Shown here one piece after another: positions 16,283 to 27,159 of a stretch of DNA of 45,810 nt; position 1 is the first letter of the stretch; every line of letters starts with the position of its first letter. A model generated the notes under the pieces. That model had not been told where the DNA came from. It made no database searches and worked only from the letters and a program-made list of their open reading frames with translations. Origin of the DNA: a virus (taxonomy: Duplodnaviria > Caudoviricetes). A program made the translations under genes and the position numbers. The stretch covers positions 1-45,810 of the IMG/VR virus record IMGVR_UViG_3300044723_001431. The stretch is one strand, 5' to 3'.

Positions 16283-16630
16283 GTGGTAAAAGACTTTGAC
16301 GAGGCTTATAAAGCCGACAAAGAAAAAATATTGCAGATTAAAGTAGCTGGAAAAAAATACGATTTACCGGCTACTTTACCTGCTAGAACGGTTCTTGCAC
16401 AAATGAGATTTGCAAATGAATCAACTGTCCCAATGGAATACCTTCCAGAGTGGATTGCATCTTTAGTTGGTCAAGAAAATTTTGACCAAATGTTAAATGA
16501 TGGAATGACATGGGACCAAATGAATGACTTATTAGTGTACTTATTAGAAGAGTACGGTCTTCAAGGAGCATCAGACGATACAGCTGGAGAAGTTGAAGAC
16601 GAATCTGGAGACGAAGATTCCCCAAAATAA
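16283..16630 (+). CDS. Tail assembly chaperone (gpG analogue)
   Basis: GTG start with AGGAG. Lies between MTP and TMP and ends at a slippery site. Confidence 0.85.
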   Translation: MVKDFDEAYKADKEKILQIKVAGKKYDLPATLPARTVLAQMRFANESTVPMEYLPEWIASLVGQENFDQMLNDGMTWDQMNDLLVYLLEEYGLQGASDDTAGEVEDESGDEDSPK

Positions 16631-16962
16631 GTTGGACCTATGAGGACATACTTGAACTCTGGGGTCCGTTAGAAGCTGATTTTTTACGCTTTTATCAAAT
16701 AGAAGAGCCGCTCGACATACGCTGGCATAAATTTCTTAGACTTGTTACTTACTTGCCGCAAGAGGATTCTATATTTTTTAGAATACTTTCTAACCAGCAA
16801 TTAGAAGTAACTGAAGAAGGAAAGCTAGTTCAAAAAGAAAAAATTGATACAGTAAGTGCAAGAGAAGGTTTGCGTAAGCAACAGAGAAGACAAAACAGAG
16901 TGAGAAATAGAGTATCTTTAGATGATTTTATAGGCGAGACTGGAGGCAGCTATGGCGGCTAA
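16283..16962 (+). CDS. Frameshifted long tail assembly chaperone (gpGT analogue)
   Basis: The -1 frame reads ISWTYEDILELWGPLEADFLRFYQIEEPLDIRWHKFLRLVTYLPQEDS and joins track ORF 16753-16962. Confidence 0.8.
16621..16627 (+). promoter_or_regulatory. Programmed -1 frameshift heptamer C CCA AAA
   Basis: X XXY YYZ pattern, in frame directly before TAA 16628. The -1 frame is open to 16962. Confidence 0.85.
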
Positions 16963-19900
16963 AGGTGCAGGCGTAGCCCCAATTGAATTATCAGTTAAAG
17001 TAGATTTAGATAATGCTAATGATAAAGTAAAATCTCAATTAAGCAACATGACCAAACAAGTTGCAGGATTTTATGCTACGACAGGTCGTGCTATGGGAGC
17101 TATTGTTGGTGGTGCAGCTATTGGAACTATTGCTGGTTTAGGTGCAGCAATGGCATTAACTGTAGGTGCCGCTTCAAAATTTGAAGATTCTTTTGCCGGA
17201 ATTAAAAAGACAGTTAATGCTTCAGAAGATGAATTTAGAAGATTATCTGTAGAAATAAGAGAGTTAGCAACAAATATTCCAATTGCTACTAATCAATTAA
17301 ATCAAATTGGTGAGCTAGGTGGTCAGTTAGGTGTATCTACAAGTGGTCTTCCTGTATTCATAGATACAATCGCTAAATTAGGTGTAGCAACTCGTTTATC
17401 AACAGAAACAGCAGCTTTATCTTTAGCAAGACTTCAAACTATTTTTCAACTTCCAGAACAATCTGTTGACAATTTAGCTTCATCATTAGTTGACTTAGGT
17501 AACAACTTCGCAGCTCTTGAAGATGAAATACTTTCTACTGCACTAAGACTTGCAGCAGGTGCTAAAGTAGCTGGAGCCACAGTTGCAGACACTTTAGCAA
17601 TTGCTACTGCTCTACAAGCAGTCGGTGTTCAATCACAAGCTGGTGGTACTGCTATGGCTCGTGTATTCCAAGCTATTACAATTGCATTACAAGGTGGAAA
17701 TAAAGAATTAACTACATTTGCTCAGGTAACAGGTATGACTACTGAGCAATTTAAAGTACTAGCAAAAGAAAATCCCGCTCAAGCATTAAACGCTTTCTTA
17801 ATGGGATTATCAGAAGCAGGTAAATCTGGTAGAAATGTTGTTGAGATTCTTGAAGCATTAGGTCTTAAACAGCAGAGAACAATCCGTGCTTTGTTAGCAG
17901 TAGCTGAGGCAGGAGACTTGTTAACAGATACTCTTAATACTGCAAATATAGCTTACGATTTAAATATAGCTTTACAGGAAGAAGCTAACAAACGATTCGA
18001 GACAGCAAAATCTCAAACTAAGTTAATGAAAAACGCTTTCACAGAATTAAGAATAGAAATGGGTAATTACTTTTTGCCTGCTTTGAAAAATATATTAGCT
18101 GGTATGACAGGGCTTGCTGAATCTATGACTGAAGCAGAAAAGAGAGCCGATGGTTTAAGCAAAGGTACAAAAATTGTAGTAGGAACATTTGCAACATTAG
18201 GTGCAGGTTTAGGTTTTATTATACCAGGACTTATATCTTTAAAGATTGCTGCACTTGGTGCAGAAATGGGAATGATTGCTTTTGTAAAAACAGGAGAGAT
18301 TGCTAAAACTACACTTGCACAATACACTCTGACTCAAAGAGCTGCAATAGCAGCTGGTAAAGTACTGGCGGCAAACATAGGTTTGATTTCTGCGGCTCTT
18401 GCAGCATTGACTGTAGGATTTATAATTAATCAAGCTGCTAATGTGAAAGCCAGAAGGTCAGCTGAAGCGTACAACAAATCTCTCTCTACATTGATACCTT
18501 TAACTGAAAAACTAAGAGAAAGTGAAAAAAGATTACAAGACTTAAGAAGTCAAAAAAATATTCAAGGCAATATTGTCAGAATAGGTGCTGAAACTACTGC
18601 TATAAAACTTGCTGTAGCTGAAAACGAAGCATACGCAGAATCATACGAAAAAATATCAGCTGCTACAAATAAAGCATTTTTAAACATTCCTAAATATATG
18701 CCGGATTTAAGTCTTGAAGAAACTAAAGAAGCAGTTTCAGATTTTGACCAATTTTTAGCACAAAGACAACCATTAGATGAATTAATGCAGCAAGAACAAG
18801 AAGGTTCTATATTTTACATTGCGCCTCCTGAGTTATCTGAAGAGTTTGCTAAAGAGTTCGACATTAGTGTCGAAGATGCGAATGAAATTATATCAGGTGG
18901 ATTTGATACTATAAGGTCTTTCTTGCAGGCACAAACAATAATAGACGAAAAAGCATTCAGCAAAGGTGGCCGAATATTAGATGAGTATGCTCAGGGAGTT
19001 GGTGCAGCATTTGGTCAAACCAAAGTATTTAATACTTATACAGCAGCTCAAAAAGATTTACTATTATCTAATCAAGAGTTTATTCAAGGATTTGAAATAG
19101 GGGCTACAAGACTTAAATTAATAGATGGTGAAACAGAAATGATTCTTGACGGACAAACAGAAATGTTTGAAGCATATAATAAAATGAGAGAAGAAAATTC
19201 TAACTTACCTGAAATATCAGAAATAGAATTTTTTCAAGACCCTGAAGCTACTCTGACAGTGTTTAAAGCAATCAACGGCATGTTGGATGATGTAAACGAT
19301 GAACTTGAAGAAACTGTTGATATTGCTGACGATATATTAAATAAATTCTATGATGCTTTAGACCCTCTTCAAGCAATTAAGGGAACTTTAGAAGACTTTC
19401 CTTCTCCAGAATTTGTTTCTATTGACGATTTAGATGCAGCTAATCAAAAAGCTCAAGATTTACAAAATATATTAAATTCTGGTGTTTTCCAACTTATGGA
19501 AGCTGGATTTCCTGCGTTAGCTTTAAGTTTTGCTGATGGTAAATTAGAAGCAAAAAATCTCGGAACACTAATAGCAATAATAAATGATGGTATAGAAAAC
19601 AATACTGACATGTTGCAAGTAAGAAATGATTCTTTAATTGATTCAAGTGATGATTATGCAGATTTTGCTATGTTGACAGAGGAATCATTAGGTAAAGCTC
19701 TAGATACACTTGACAGTACATATGGTATTACTGTCGGATTATTGGACGCAGAAGAACAAAGAGCCTCAGTCAATAGAGTTCTAGAAGATATACAATATAA
19801 AACAAAACAAGAAGGTGTTGATTATTTATCTATATTAAAACAGATTCTTCAAGACGAAAGAAATATAGCAAACCAAAAACAAGAACTATTAGATTTACAA

Positions 19901-21457
19901 CAAGAAATTAATGATTTAGAAGCTGACTTAGTTTACGACAATATTGTTATAACTAATGCTAAACGAGACCAAGTTGAAAAAGCTGAAGCATTAGCTGAAC
20001 TTAATGAAGTATTAGCTGAATTTGGTAGAGAAGGTGTTAAAACAAATGTAGAGAATTTAAATCTGTTACAAATGGAATTAAATATTAGCAGAATGCAAGA
20101 CCAACTTGAAAACAAGATGGATAAGCGTAGACAAAAATCTCTCAGAGATAAAAAGAAAGAAATTAAATTTTTAGAACTAGCAGTTGAGCAAGGTGTAGTT
20201 GAGCAATTAGATTTAGATGCCGCTAGAGAAGAATTAAGTGAGATGGAAAATCCTCTTACTCAAAAAGAAATAGATATATTAAAACTTCAAAAAGATATTG
20301 CAAAAGCAGAGTACGATGCTGCAAAAGCAAGAGCAGAAGGTTTATCTCCAGAAGTAATTTCAGCTATAGAAAATTACAATGCTTCTTTAAATATAACTAA
20401 AGAAAGAGAAGAAGAAATAGCTGGTTTACAAAAAGATATAGAAGAAAACACAGCTGATTTAAATATAGAACTTGCAGAAAATGCAAAAAAATATCAAGAC
20501 ATAATAGACAAGTATCCAGGGTTTAAAGACAAAATAACTGAAGTAGCATCAATGATTGGTATTCCAGACGAAATGTTAACAAAATCTCTTGACAATATGG
20601 GTACAACTGTAGATAAGTTTATAAATTATGTAGATTTTGCTAAGAGATATGCAGAGCAAAATTTAAATGCAGGAAACTTTGACCCAGATAAATTTGTAAA
20701 TCCTAAAGACTTTGACTATGGTAGCTGGGAAACTTCAGATGCGTATAGAAGCATGAATTATAAAGCAAGTACTTTAAATTCAAACAAACCTTTTGGTCCT
20801 CCTAAACCAGATGATTTACAGACAGGCCCAATAATGAGTCAAGGAAACTTTACTGGTAATGAACCTTATATAAATTCAAGCGGGAATAAAGTTTATCCTC
20901 AACCGGGAGTAACTGTGAAACGACCTACTGGTGGTGGGTTTAGTGCTTTTATAGATAATGTAGTAGGAGGTGTTAAAGATTTCTTTGCACCAGATGGACC
21001 TAGCTATCCTCAACCACACATTAAGGTAAAGCAACCTGAAGGTCAACAATTCCCTCTTTACAATCCTAATGAAAGCTTTGTTATAAAAGACTTAGCTAAA
21101 GAATATATATTAAATCCAATAGGGAAAGCAGCTAGCAGTATTAACTGGAACAAAGTATTGGATATACAAAGCACTTGGATGAATAACTACACAGGCGGAA
21201 ATGTTCCTGTGGGTAGAACATCAGTAGTTGGAGAAATGGGACCAGAGGTAATAATGTCGACTCCTATGGGAACATCTGTATTTTCTAATAAAACAGGTGG
21301 GTATGGAAGCGGTGTTAATATTGAAAATATGAACTTAAATATTACAGGATTACCAGCAGACCCAATTACAGCTAGAAAAGTTGCTATAAATATAAGAAAA
21401 GAATTAACAAAACTTGAAAAAGAAGGTAATGCTGGAACAGGTTTAAGGAATAGATAA
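16952..21457 (+). CDS. Tape measure protein (TP901-like core)
   Basis: FEDSFAGIKKT, LGNNFAA.EDEI and AGGTAM.R motifs, long helical region, C-terminal GG.V..G...VGEMGPE. Confidence 0.95.
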   Translation: MAAKGAGVAPIELSVKVDLDNANDKVKSQLSNMTKQVAGFYATTGRAMGAIVGGAAIGTIAGLGAAMALTVGAASKFEDSFAGIKKTVNASEDEFRRLSVEIRELATNIPIATNQLNQIGELGGQLGVSTSGLPVFIDTIAKLGVATRLSTETAALSLARLQTIFQLPEQSVDNLASSLVDLGNNFAALEDEILSTALRLAAGAKVAGATVADTLAIATALQAVGVQSQAGGTAMARVFQAITIALQGGNKELTTFAQVTGMTTEQFKVLAKENPAQALNAFLMGLSEAGKSGRNVVEILEALGLKQQRTIRALLAVAEAGDLLTDTLNTANIAYDLNIALQEEANKRFETAKSQTKLMKNAFTELRIEMGNYFLPALKNILAGMTGLAESMTEAEKRADGLSKGTKIVVGTFATLGAGLGFIIPGLISLKIAALGAEMGMIAFVKTGEIAKTTLAQYTLTQRAAIAAGKVLAANIGLISAALAALTVGFIINQAANVKARRSAEAYNKSLSTLIPLTEKLRESEKRLQDLRSQKNIQGNIVRIGAETTAIKLAVAENEAYAESYEKISAATNKAFLNIPKYMPDLSLEETKEAVSDFDQFLAQRQPLDELMQQEQEGSIFYIAPPELSEEFAKEFDISVEDANEIISGGFDTIRSFLQAQTIIDEKAFSKGGRILDEYAQGVGAAFGQTKVFNTYTAAQKDLLLSNQEFIQGFEIGATRLKLIDGETEMILDGQTEMFEAYNKMREENSNLPEISEIEFFQDPEATLTVFKAINGMLDDVNDELEETVDIADDILNKFYDALDPLQAIKGTLEDFPSPEFVSIDDLDAANQKAQDLQNILNSGVFQLMEAGFPALALSFADGKLEAKNLGTLIAIINDGIENNTDMLQVRNDSLIDSSDDYADFAMLTEESLGKALDTLDSTYGITVGLLDAEEQRASVNRVLEDIQYKTKQEGVDYLSILKQILQDERNIANQKQELLDLQQEINDLEADLVYDNIVITNAKRDQVEKAEALAELNEVLAEFGREGVKTNVENLNLLQMELNISRMQDQLENKMDKRRQKSLRDKKKEIKFLELAVEQGVVEQLDLDAAREELSEMENPLTQKEIDILKLQKDIAKAEYDAAKARAEGLSPEVISAIENYNASLNITKEREEEIAGLQKDIEENTADLNIELAENAKKYQDIIDKYPGFKDKITEVASMIGIPDEMLTKSLDNMGTTVDKFINYVDFAKRYAEQNLNAGNFDPDKFVNPKDFDYGSWETSDAYRSMNYKASTLNSNKPFGPPKPDDLQTGPIMSQGNFTGNEPYINSSGNKVYPQPGVTVKRPTGGGFSAFIDNVVGGVKDFFAPDGPSYPQPHIKVKQPEGQQFPLYNPNESFVIKDLAKEYILNPIGKAASSINWNKVLDIQSTWMNNYTGGNVPVGRTSVVGEMGPEVIMSTPMGTSVFSNKTGGYGSGVNIENMNLNITGLPADPITARKVAINIRKELTKLEKEGNAGTGLRNR

Positions 21458-21579
21458 TGATTGATAATAAAGATAAAGATATCTTAAAAGCTTGCAAATC
21501 AGATTTTGCTTGTGGTAACTATATTTATGAAAAAAGTAATGATACCTGTGAAAGATGTAGAACAAAGGATATGTGCTAA
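21457..21579 (+). CDS. Unannotated 40-aa Cys-rich microprotein
   Basis: MIDNKDKDILKACKSDFACGNYIYEKSNDTCERCRTKDMC. TAATG overlaps at both ends. Confidence 0.7.
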   Translation: MIDNKDKDILKACKSDFACGNYIYEKSNDTCERCRTKDMC

Positions 21580-22841
21580 TGGCTAATACTCATCAAGTAA
21601 CAATAGGACATTTAAGTTTTACTTCTCCAGGAAACATAACATATAGTGGTTCTGGTTCTGAAAGACTTTATAGTATAAACGGTACACTTGCTCACACAAG
21701 CTCAAACAGTTTAGACCTAGCACAAAATTTATATATTAGAGATGAGTTAATAGCTATAGCTAATTATGACCAATTTTATCCTTTTACATATACCGGCGAG
21801 ACAACTATGTCTGGTTATGTAAAAGTAGAGTCAGCAGATATAACTGTAGATAGATTTGCTGGTGCAGGTATTAAATATGCTATATCTTTAAAATGGCTAG
21901 GAAATCCCGGAGAAATAAGATTTGAGTCACAATTCTCTGGTGCATTGTTAGATAATGAACATAGTATTACTTCTACTACTTCTCAATTTTTTTCTATACC
22001 AGAACAAGCATATTCAGTACACATACCTACTGTAGGTACTGGTACATCTCCAGATGTTGAAACTAGAATTGCTAGTTACGGAACCGGAACAGTTAACTTA
22101 AATTACTTTAGTGGTGCAAACATAAGAACAGACAATGTTGAATTTGAGTGTAACCCTATAGATTATTTAAAAGGCGCAGTAAAGGTTTCTACTAATGGAA
22201 AAGTTAGAAATGGTTTGTTAAGTCCTAATGATAATGTTGACCAAGCTGTTATAGAAAATGGATTAGTAAAGTTTGAGTTAACAAACAGTAATACAGAATC
22301 AAGATTTACAATATCACTTTGGGATAGTGATGATTGGAGAAGTGTAAAAGAGTTTGCCGTATCTAAAGGTACATCACAAACAGAATGGTTAGGTTGGAAT
22401 ACAGTACAGATTATTAAAAACTATGCTGAGTGTGCAACATTAAGATTTACTTCACAAGCAAACAATGATGGTAGTGGTAGGTTGACATTTGATGTTTCTC
22501 TAAGAAGAGGTTCAAGATACTTTAGCTTGATTGTCCATTCTTACGGAAATGCTGACGAAATAAGAATACAAAGAACAACCACAGAAGCATGTAGTTCTGG
22601 TACAGGTTATATTGTATCTTCTACAAATGATTCAGAGGGAAACTTCTTTATTCTTGGTTCGCCTAACACCTTTAGCGAAGATTTGACTGAAGGTGGAATT
22701 TACCTTACTGCTACACAAATAAAGGCATTTATAGGTTTTTGTTTTAACGGAACTTCTGCTGCTGGAGAAAATACTGCGGATAAAATGAGAGACGCATATT
22801 TTGATTATTTGTATGAGCATGTAAGGGTAATTCGTTCATGA
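21579..22841 (+). CDS. Minor tail protein (distal-tail position)
   Basis: First large gene after the TMP. ATG 21579 via TAATG overlap. Beta-rich. Confidence 0.65.
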   Translation: MANTHQVTIGHLSFTSPGNITYSGSGSERLYSINGTLAHTSSNSLDLAQNLYIRDELIAIANYDQFYPFTYTGETTMSGYVKVESADITVDRFAGAGIKYAISLKWLGNPGEIRFESQFSGALLDNEHSITSTTSQFFSIPEQAYSVHIPTVGTGTSPDVETRIASYGTGTVNLNYFSGANIRTDNVEFECNPIDYLKGAVKVSTNGKVRNGLLSPNDNVDQAVIENGLVKFELTNSNTESRFTISLWDSDDWRSVKEFAVSKGTSQTEWLGWNTVQIIKNYAECATLRFTSQANNDGSGRLTFDVSLRRGSRYFSLIVHSYGNADEIRIQRTTTEACSSGTGYIVSSTNDSEGNFFILGSPNTFSEDLTEGGIYLTATQIKAFIGFCFNGTSAAGENTADKMRDAYFDYLYEHVRVIRS

Positions 22842-25831
22842 GTGTAAATGAAAAATTAATGACTCCCGGCACATTTAATGTGCTATTAAATTTAGAAACA
22901 ACACCAAACTCTGTTGTCAATAATATTGAGCCATGGGGCAATATAGTTCTTACTCCTACAAGAATATCTCCAGAAGAATTTACTGACGCACAAATTCGTG
23001 ATATGGCTAGATATGTAGGTATTGTAACTTCTCAAGAAATTACAGAAGAAGGTATAGGTGTAAACGGTCAAGGCATACTTGCATATTTAGGTGATAATGA
23101 TTCTCGCGGTATGGTTATTGCAAGAAATGCAGGTGTAGGTGCTGTAAGAAGTTATGTTAATGACACATTAGATGATGTAATTGATAGGATTGCTTCTACT
23201 CCTTATGGAATACTAAGAGATGAAGAAGCTAATCAAAGAGCTGTAAGAAAAGGTACAGTAACTGAAGTTGATTTTGATACAACAGTATTATTACTTAACT
23301 TTGAAGGAACTGACGGAGATACTACAACTACTGATAGTTCTCAATATACACAAAATCAAATAATTACATTATTAGAAGCAGAAATAACTACTGACCAAGC
23401 TAAATATGGAAATAGTAGTCTTGGATTTTTTCCGGCTGGATATGTAACAGTTGCTGATAGACCAGAGTTAGATTTAACATTTAGAGATTTTACAATTGAA
23501 TGGTGGGAATATAGAACATCATCTACTGGTAATCCTACTGTAATGGCTAGAAATAATGATACTTATTCTCCTTGGATAGCTGGTAAATTAGTTAGCGGTA
23601 ATAATAGATTTCTTGTAACACATGACGGAGATGGTTATAACGAATCAGAAGATTTAAATATGAATATGGGTTCTATTAACTTAAATCAATGGAATCATTT
23701 TGCTGTATCTCGTCAAGGCGGAAAATTTAGAACATTTAAAAATGGTGTTAAAGTTTCGGAAGCAACTAGAGATGAGCTTTACATAAGAGTTAGTTCTGAA
23801 TCTTTATATATTGGTAGAGGTCAAGGAGGAAACTCATTTTCTGGTTATCTCGATGGAATGGTAATAACTAGAAGTAATGCAAAGTATTGGGAAGACTTTA
23901 CACCAAGTGCTACTGCCCCTACAGCACAGACTGGTGATAAAACTTATACTGGTAAACATTATATGGAATCTGCATATAAGGCTATAAAAGATATTTGTGT
24001 AGCTTTAGGTGCAGAGTTCAAAATGAACAATGACGGAACTATAGATGTAGGTCCACCTTCTGCTTTATTTACTGGACATGAAAACGATACACCAGAAGGA
24101 ATGATTGTCAGAGATTTATCTGGTGCTGACCCACAGATAAAAGGTTATTCTGGAATAGATTTAAGTACAGAGTTTAACGCAGAAGATTATGTAAGCCGTG
24201 TAGAACTTATAGCTTCTAACTATGGTGTAGAAATAAACTTAGGACAAGCAGACGCTAAAAGTGTTCCTTATAAAGATTTGTTTGGTAATACATTAGAGAG
24301 AATACAGATATTATCTGAAAATGATGTACCAGATTCGTTAAGAGATATAAGAGCAGAAGCATACTTAAATGAATACAATAAAATACAAAAAACTTTAAAT
24401 GTAGGTTTAGAAGATTATGATGTCTCTGGAGATATTGGTGTAGGAGATATTATCTTTGTCTGGGACCCAGATGTAGGATTTGAAGATACAGACAATGACG
24501 CTAATTTAGAAAACAGAGATAAACACGAGATAACTTATCAAGGTCAAATATTACACCCAATAAAAATTAGAGTTATGGGACTTAGCTTTCCTATAACAGA
24601 TGAGATGGGTGTTTTCTATAGAGATGGTGATGGTAACTATACAGACTTGACAGATTATGTAGAGTTTGAAGTTGGAGTAACTCAAATAGAAGTAGGTTCT
24701 ACTACAAGAAATATAAACGAAGATTTAAGAGGCTCTGCTTCAATAATTGCAGTTGGTGGTACTAATGAATATACAGTACCAGACGCACCTACAGGTTTTA
24801 CTGCTGCTACTGGAACTTATCAAGATGGAACAGGTAGGCCTTTTGCTTTTGCTAAGTTAAGTTGGGAACAACCTACTAACACTGACGGTTCAAGAATTAC
24901 TGATGGAAATATGTATCGCGTAAGATACAGACAAGTTGTTGATAGTGATGGTAATAATTTAATTGACCAGAACGATAATCAAGTTACTGATTATGAATAC
25001 TTAACAGTAGAGTTTGGAACTACATCTGTAGTTATAAAAGGTTTAGGTTCACAAAACACTTATGAGTTTGGTGTAGCCGCAATTGATAACTCTGGATTTT
25101 CTGGAGGATTTAGCGTGCTATCAGCAGTAGCTATGCCAGCAGACGCAACTGTACCACCAGAACCATTACCTCCAACAAATACTTATGGAACTATTGCTGG
25201 TAACCCTACTCGTGTGCAAATTCAACATAACTTAGGTGCAGCTAAAGACGCAGACGGTAATCCTATTTCCAACCCTACTAACTTTTCTTTACCAGTAGAT
25301 ATTGACCACTTAAATGTTTATCGCGGTCTGACATCAGATTTTACAATTAGCTCTAGTAACTTAGTAGGACAAATAGAAGCAAAGTCAGCTCATGTTACTT
25401 TAGGAATACCTGCTATTGGAGATTTTCCTTCTAGCACAGAGGGTGTTGCGTATTATAAAGTTACAGCAGTTGATGTTGCTGGTAACGAATCAGACCCTTC
25501 TACAGCAGGTGAAGTAACAGAGGTTTTAATTAATACTCAATTTATATCTAACGCTGCTATTACAAGCGCAAAGATAGAAGACTTAGCAGTTACTAGTGCA
25601 AAAATAAATAGTTTAGAAGCTGGAAAAATAACAGCAGGAACTATTAGCGGTAAAGAAATTATTATAGATACAGATAGCTCTGACCCATTAAACCCTGTAC
25701 TAGGAACAATAAGAAGTGACAACTATGTTAATGGTACTGCTGGTTGGATAATTAAATCTGACGGAACAGTTGAGTTCGAGGGTGGAGAGTTCCGTGGTAC
25801 ACTTAGAGCTGGGGAGATACATATAGGATAA
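22838..25831 (+). CDS. Tail tip/hub protein with an inserted LamG-like domain and FN3-like domains
   Basis: LLLNFEG, DFTIEWW and WNHFAVSR (LamG-like). PDAPTG..LSWEQP..YRVRY..YEFGVAAIDNSG and YKVTAVDVAGNES (FN3-like). Confidence 0.75.
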   Translation: MSVNEKLMTPGTFNVLLNLETTPNSVVNNIEPWGNIVLTPTRISPEEFTDAQIRDMARYVGIVTSQEITEEGIGVNGQGILAYLGDNDSRGMVIARNAGVGAVRSYVNDTLDDVIDRIASTPYGILRDEEANQRAVRKGTVTEVDFDTTVLLLNFEGTDGDTTTTDSSQYTQNQIITLLEAEITTDQAKYGNSSLGFFPAGYVTVADRPELDLTFRDFTIEWWEYRTSSTGNPTVMARNNDTYSPWIAGKLVSGNNRFLVTHDGDGYNESEDLNMNMGSINLNQWNHFAVSRQGGKFRTFKNGVKVSEATRDELYIRVSSESLYIGRGQGGNSFSGYLDGMVITRSNAKYWEDFTPSATAPTAQTGDKTYTGKHYMESAYKAIKDICVALGAEFKMNNDGTIDVGPPSALFTGHENDTPEGMIVRDLSGADPQIKGYSGIDLSTEFNAEDYVSRVELIASNYGVEINLGQADAKSVPYKDLFGNTLERIQILSENDVPDSLRDIRAEAYLNEYNKIQKTLNVGLEDYDVSGDIGVGDIIFVWDPDVGFEDTDNDANLENRDKHEITYQGQILHPIKIRVMGLSFPITDEMGVFYRDGDGNYTDLTDYVEFEVGVTQIEVGSTTRNINEDLRGSASIIAVGGTNEYTVPDAPTGFTAATGTYQDGTGRPFAFAKLSWEQPTNTDGSRITDGNMYRVRYRQVVDSDGNNLIDQNDNQVTDYEYLTVEFGTTSVVIKGLGSQNTYEFGVAAIDNSGFSGGFSVLSAVAMPADATVPPEPLPPTNTYGTIAGNPTRVQIQHNLGAAKDADGNPISNPTNFSLPVDIDHLNVYRGLTSDFTISSSNLVGQIEAKSAHVTLGIPAIGDFPSSTEGVAYYKVTAVDVAGNESDPSTAGEVTEVLINTQFISNAAITSAKIEDLAVTSAKINSLEAGKITAGTISGKEIIIDTDSSDPLNPVLGTIRSDNYVNGTAGWIIKSDGTVEFEGGEFRGTLRAGEIHIG

Positions 25832-27159
25832 TGGCAATAGCAGACGGATTTCATGTAGATAGCAACGGAAACCTTTGGTTAGGTTCCGATAGAGAAACTT
25901 TTGACGCAACAACTCGTTCGGAAGCACCATTCTATGTTTATGCTAGTGGAGACTTGGTTGCTAATTCTGGAACTTTTTCTGGAAATGTGTCTGGTTCAAC
26001 AATAACTGGTGGAAGTATAAACATTGGTAATGGTACATTTCAAGTAGATTCATCTGGTAATTTAACAGCAACCTCTGCAAGTATTTCTGGTGTTATATCT
26101 GCTGGTGGTGCTGCAAATGACATTAATAATAACTCTACTCAAATAAGTGGTGGAAAAATACAAGCTAACTCTTTAGATGTAAATAGCGTTATTACAAATG
26201 ATTTATCTTTTACAAACTTATCTATAAGTTCACAAAATATTATAGATACACTTGTTAACAACGCAATATTAGACACAATAACTAGTGGAGCTATATCAGA
26301 TACTAAATTAGGAAATATTAGTGCTAATAAAATTACAGCTGGAACTATGTCTGCTGACAGAATATCTGGTGGTTCTATTAACGCAAATATTATTACAGGA
26401 GCAGCTTCTCTTACAGGTTTAAATGTAACAGCTAATGGTATAGGTGTAATCGGGGGAATATCTTTAAACAATAGCGATATAACTCAAGCAGCAGATATTA
26501 CTGCTAATGGAACAATTTCTGGTGGAACTATTTCTGGAAGTTCTATATCTGGTGGTACAGTAAGCGGTAGTACGGGTACATTTTCTAGCACAGTAAAAGG
26601 TTCCCAATTTCAAAGTTCTTCAAATTCATCAAATGTAGGTTTTGGTACTAATCATGTTTATTTAAGAGGAGGAGGAAGTACTGATTTTGCTGCTAACGCT
26701 AGTCAAAATACTTCATACAGACATTTAAGACCAAGCGGTTACAACACACTAGACTTAGGAAGTTCTGGTAGTCGTTGGAGGGATATTTATACACTTGGTG
26801 CTGTTGATACTTCTGATATAAATTTAAAAACAGATGTAGAACCACTTGCTTTAGGTTTAGATTTTTTAAATACATTAGATACTATACAATTTAAGTGGGC
26901 TGAAACAGAAGAATCTCCAGCTGGTGTCAGAACACACGCTGGTTTTTCTGCTCAAGATATAGAACAAAAATTAATAGATTATGGAGTTCAATCAAAGGAT
27001 TATGCGTTATTTACAAACTCACAAATAACAGAGGGAACGGATGACCCTATTTATGGATTAAGAACTAAAGAACTTATATCTATTCTCACTAAATCTATAC
27101 AAGAACTCTCAGCTAAGAATGATGAGCTAGAATCAAGATTGGCAGCTTTGGAGGGATAA
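25831..27159 (+). CDS. Tail fibre/spike with a C-terminal intramolecular chaperone (peptidase S74-like)
   Basis: G/S/T-rich beta repeats, then TSDINLK, HAGFSAQD and LTKSIQEL..LE from about 26812. Confidence 0.85.
   Translation: MAIADGFHVDSNGNLWLGSDRETFDATTRSEAPFYVYASGDLVANSGTFSGNVSGSTITGGSINIGNGTFQVDSSGNLTATSASISGVISAGGAANDINNNSTQISGGKIQANSLDVNSVITNDLSFTNLSISSQNIIDTLVNNAILDTITSGAISDTKLGNISANKITAGTMSADRISGGSINANIITGAASLTGLNVTANGIGVIGGISLNNSDITQAADITANGTISGGTISGSSISGGTVSGSTGTFSSTVKGSQFQSSSNSSNVGFGTNHVYLRGGGSTDFAANASQNTSYRHLRPSGYNTLDLGSSGSRWRDIYTLGAVDTSDINLKTDVEPLALGLDFLNTLDTIQFKWAETEESPAGVRTHAGFSAQDIEQKLIDYGVQSKDYALFTNSQITEGTDDPIYGLRTKELISILTKSIQELSAKNDELESRLAALEG

Noticed and set aside
16753-16962. 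Independent 69-aa gene
   Set aside because: Better explained as the distal part of the -1 frameshift chaperone. It has a TTG start with no RBS.
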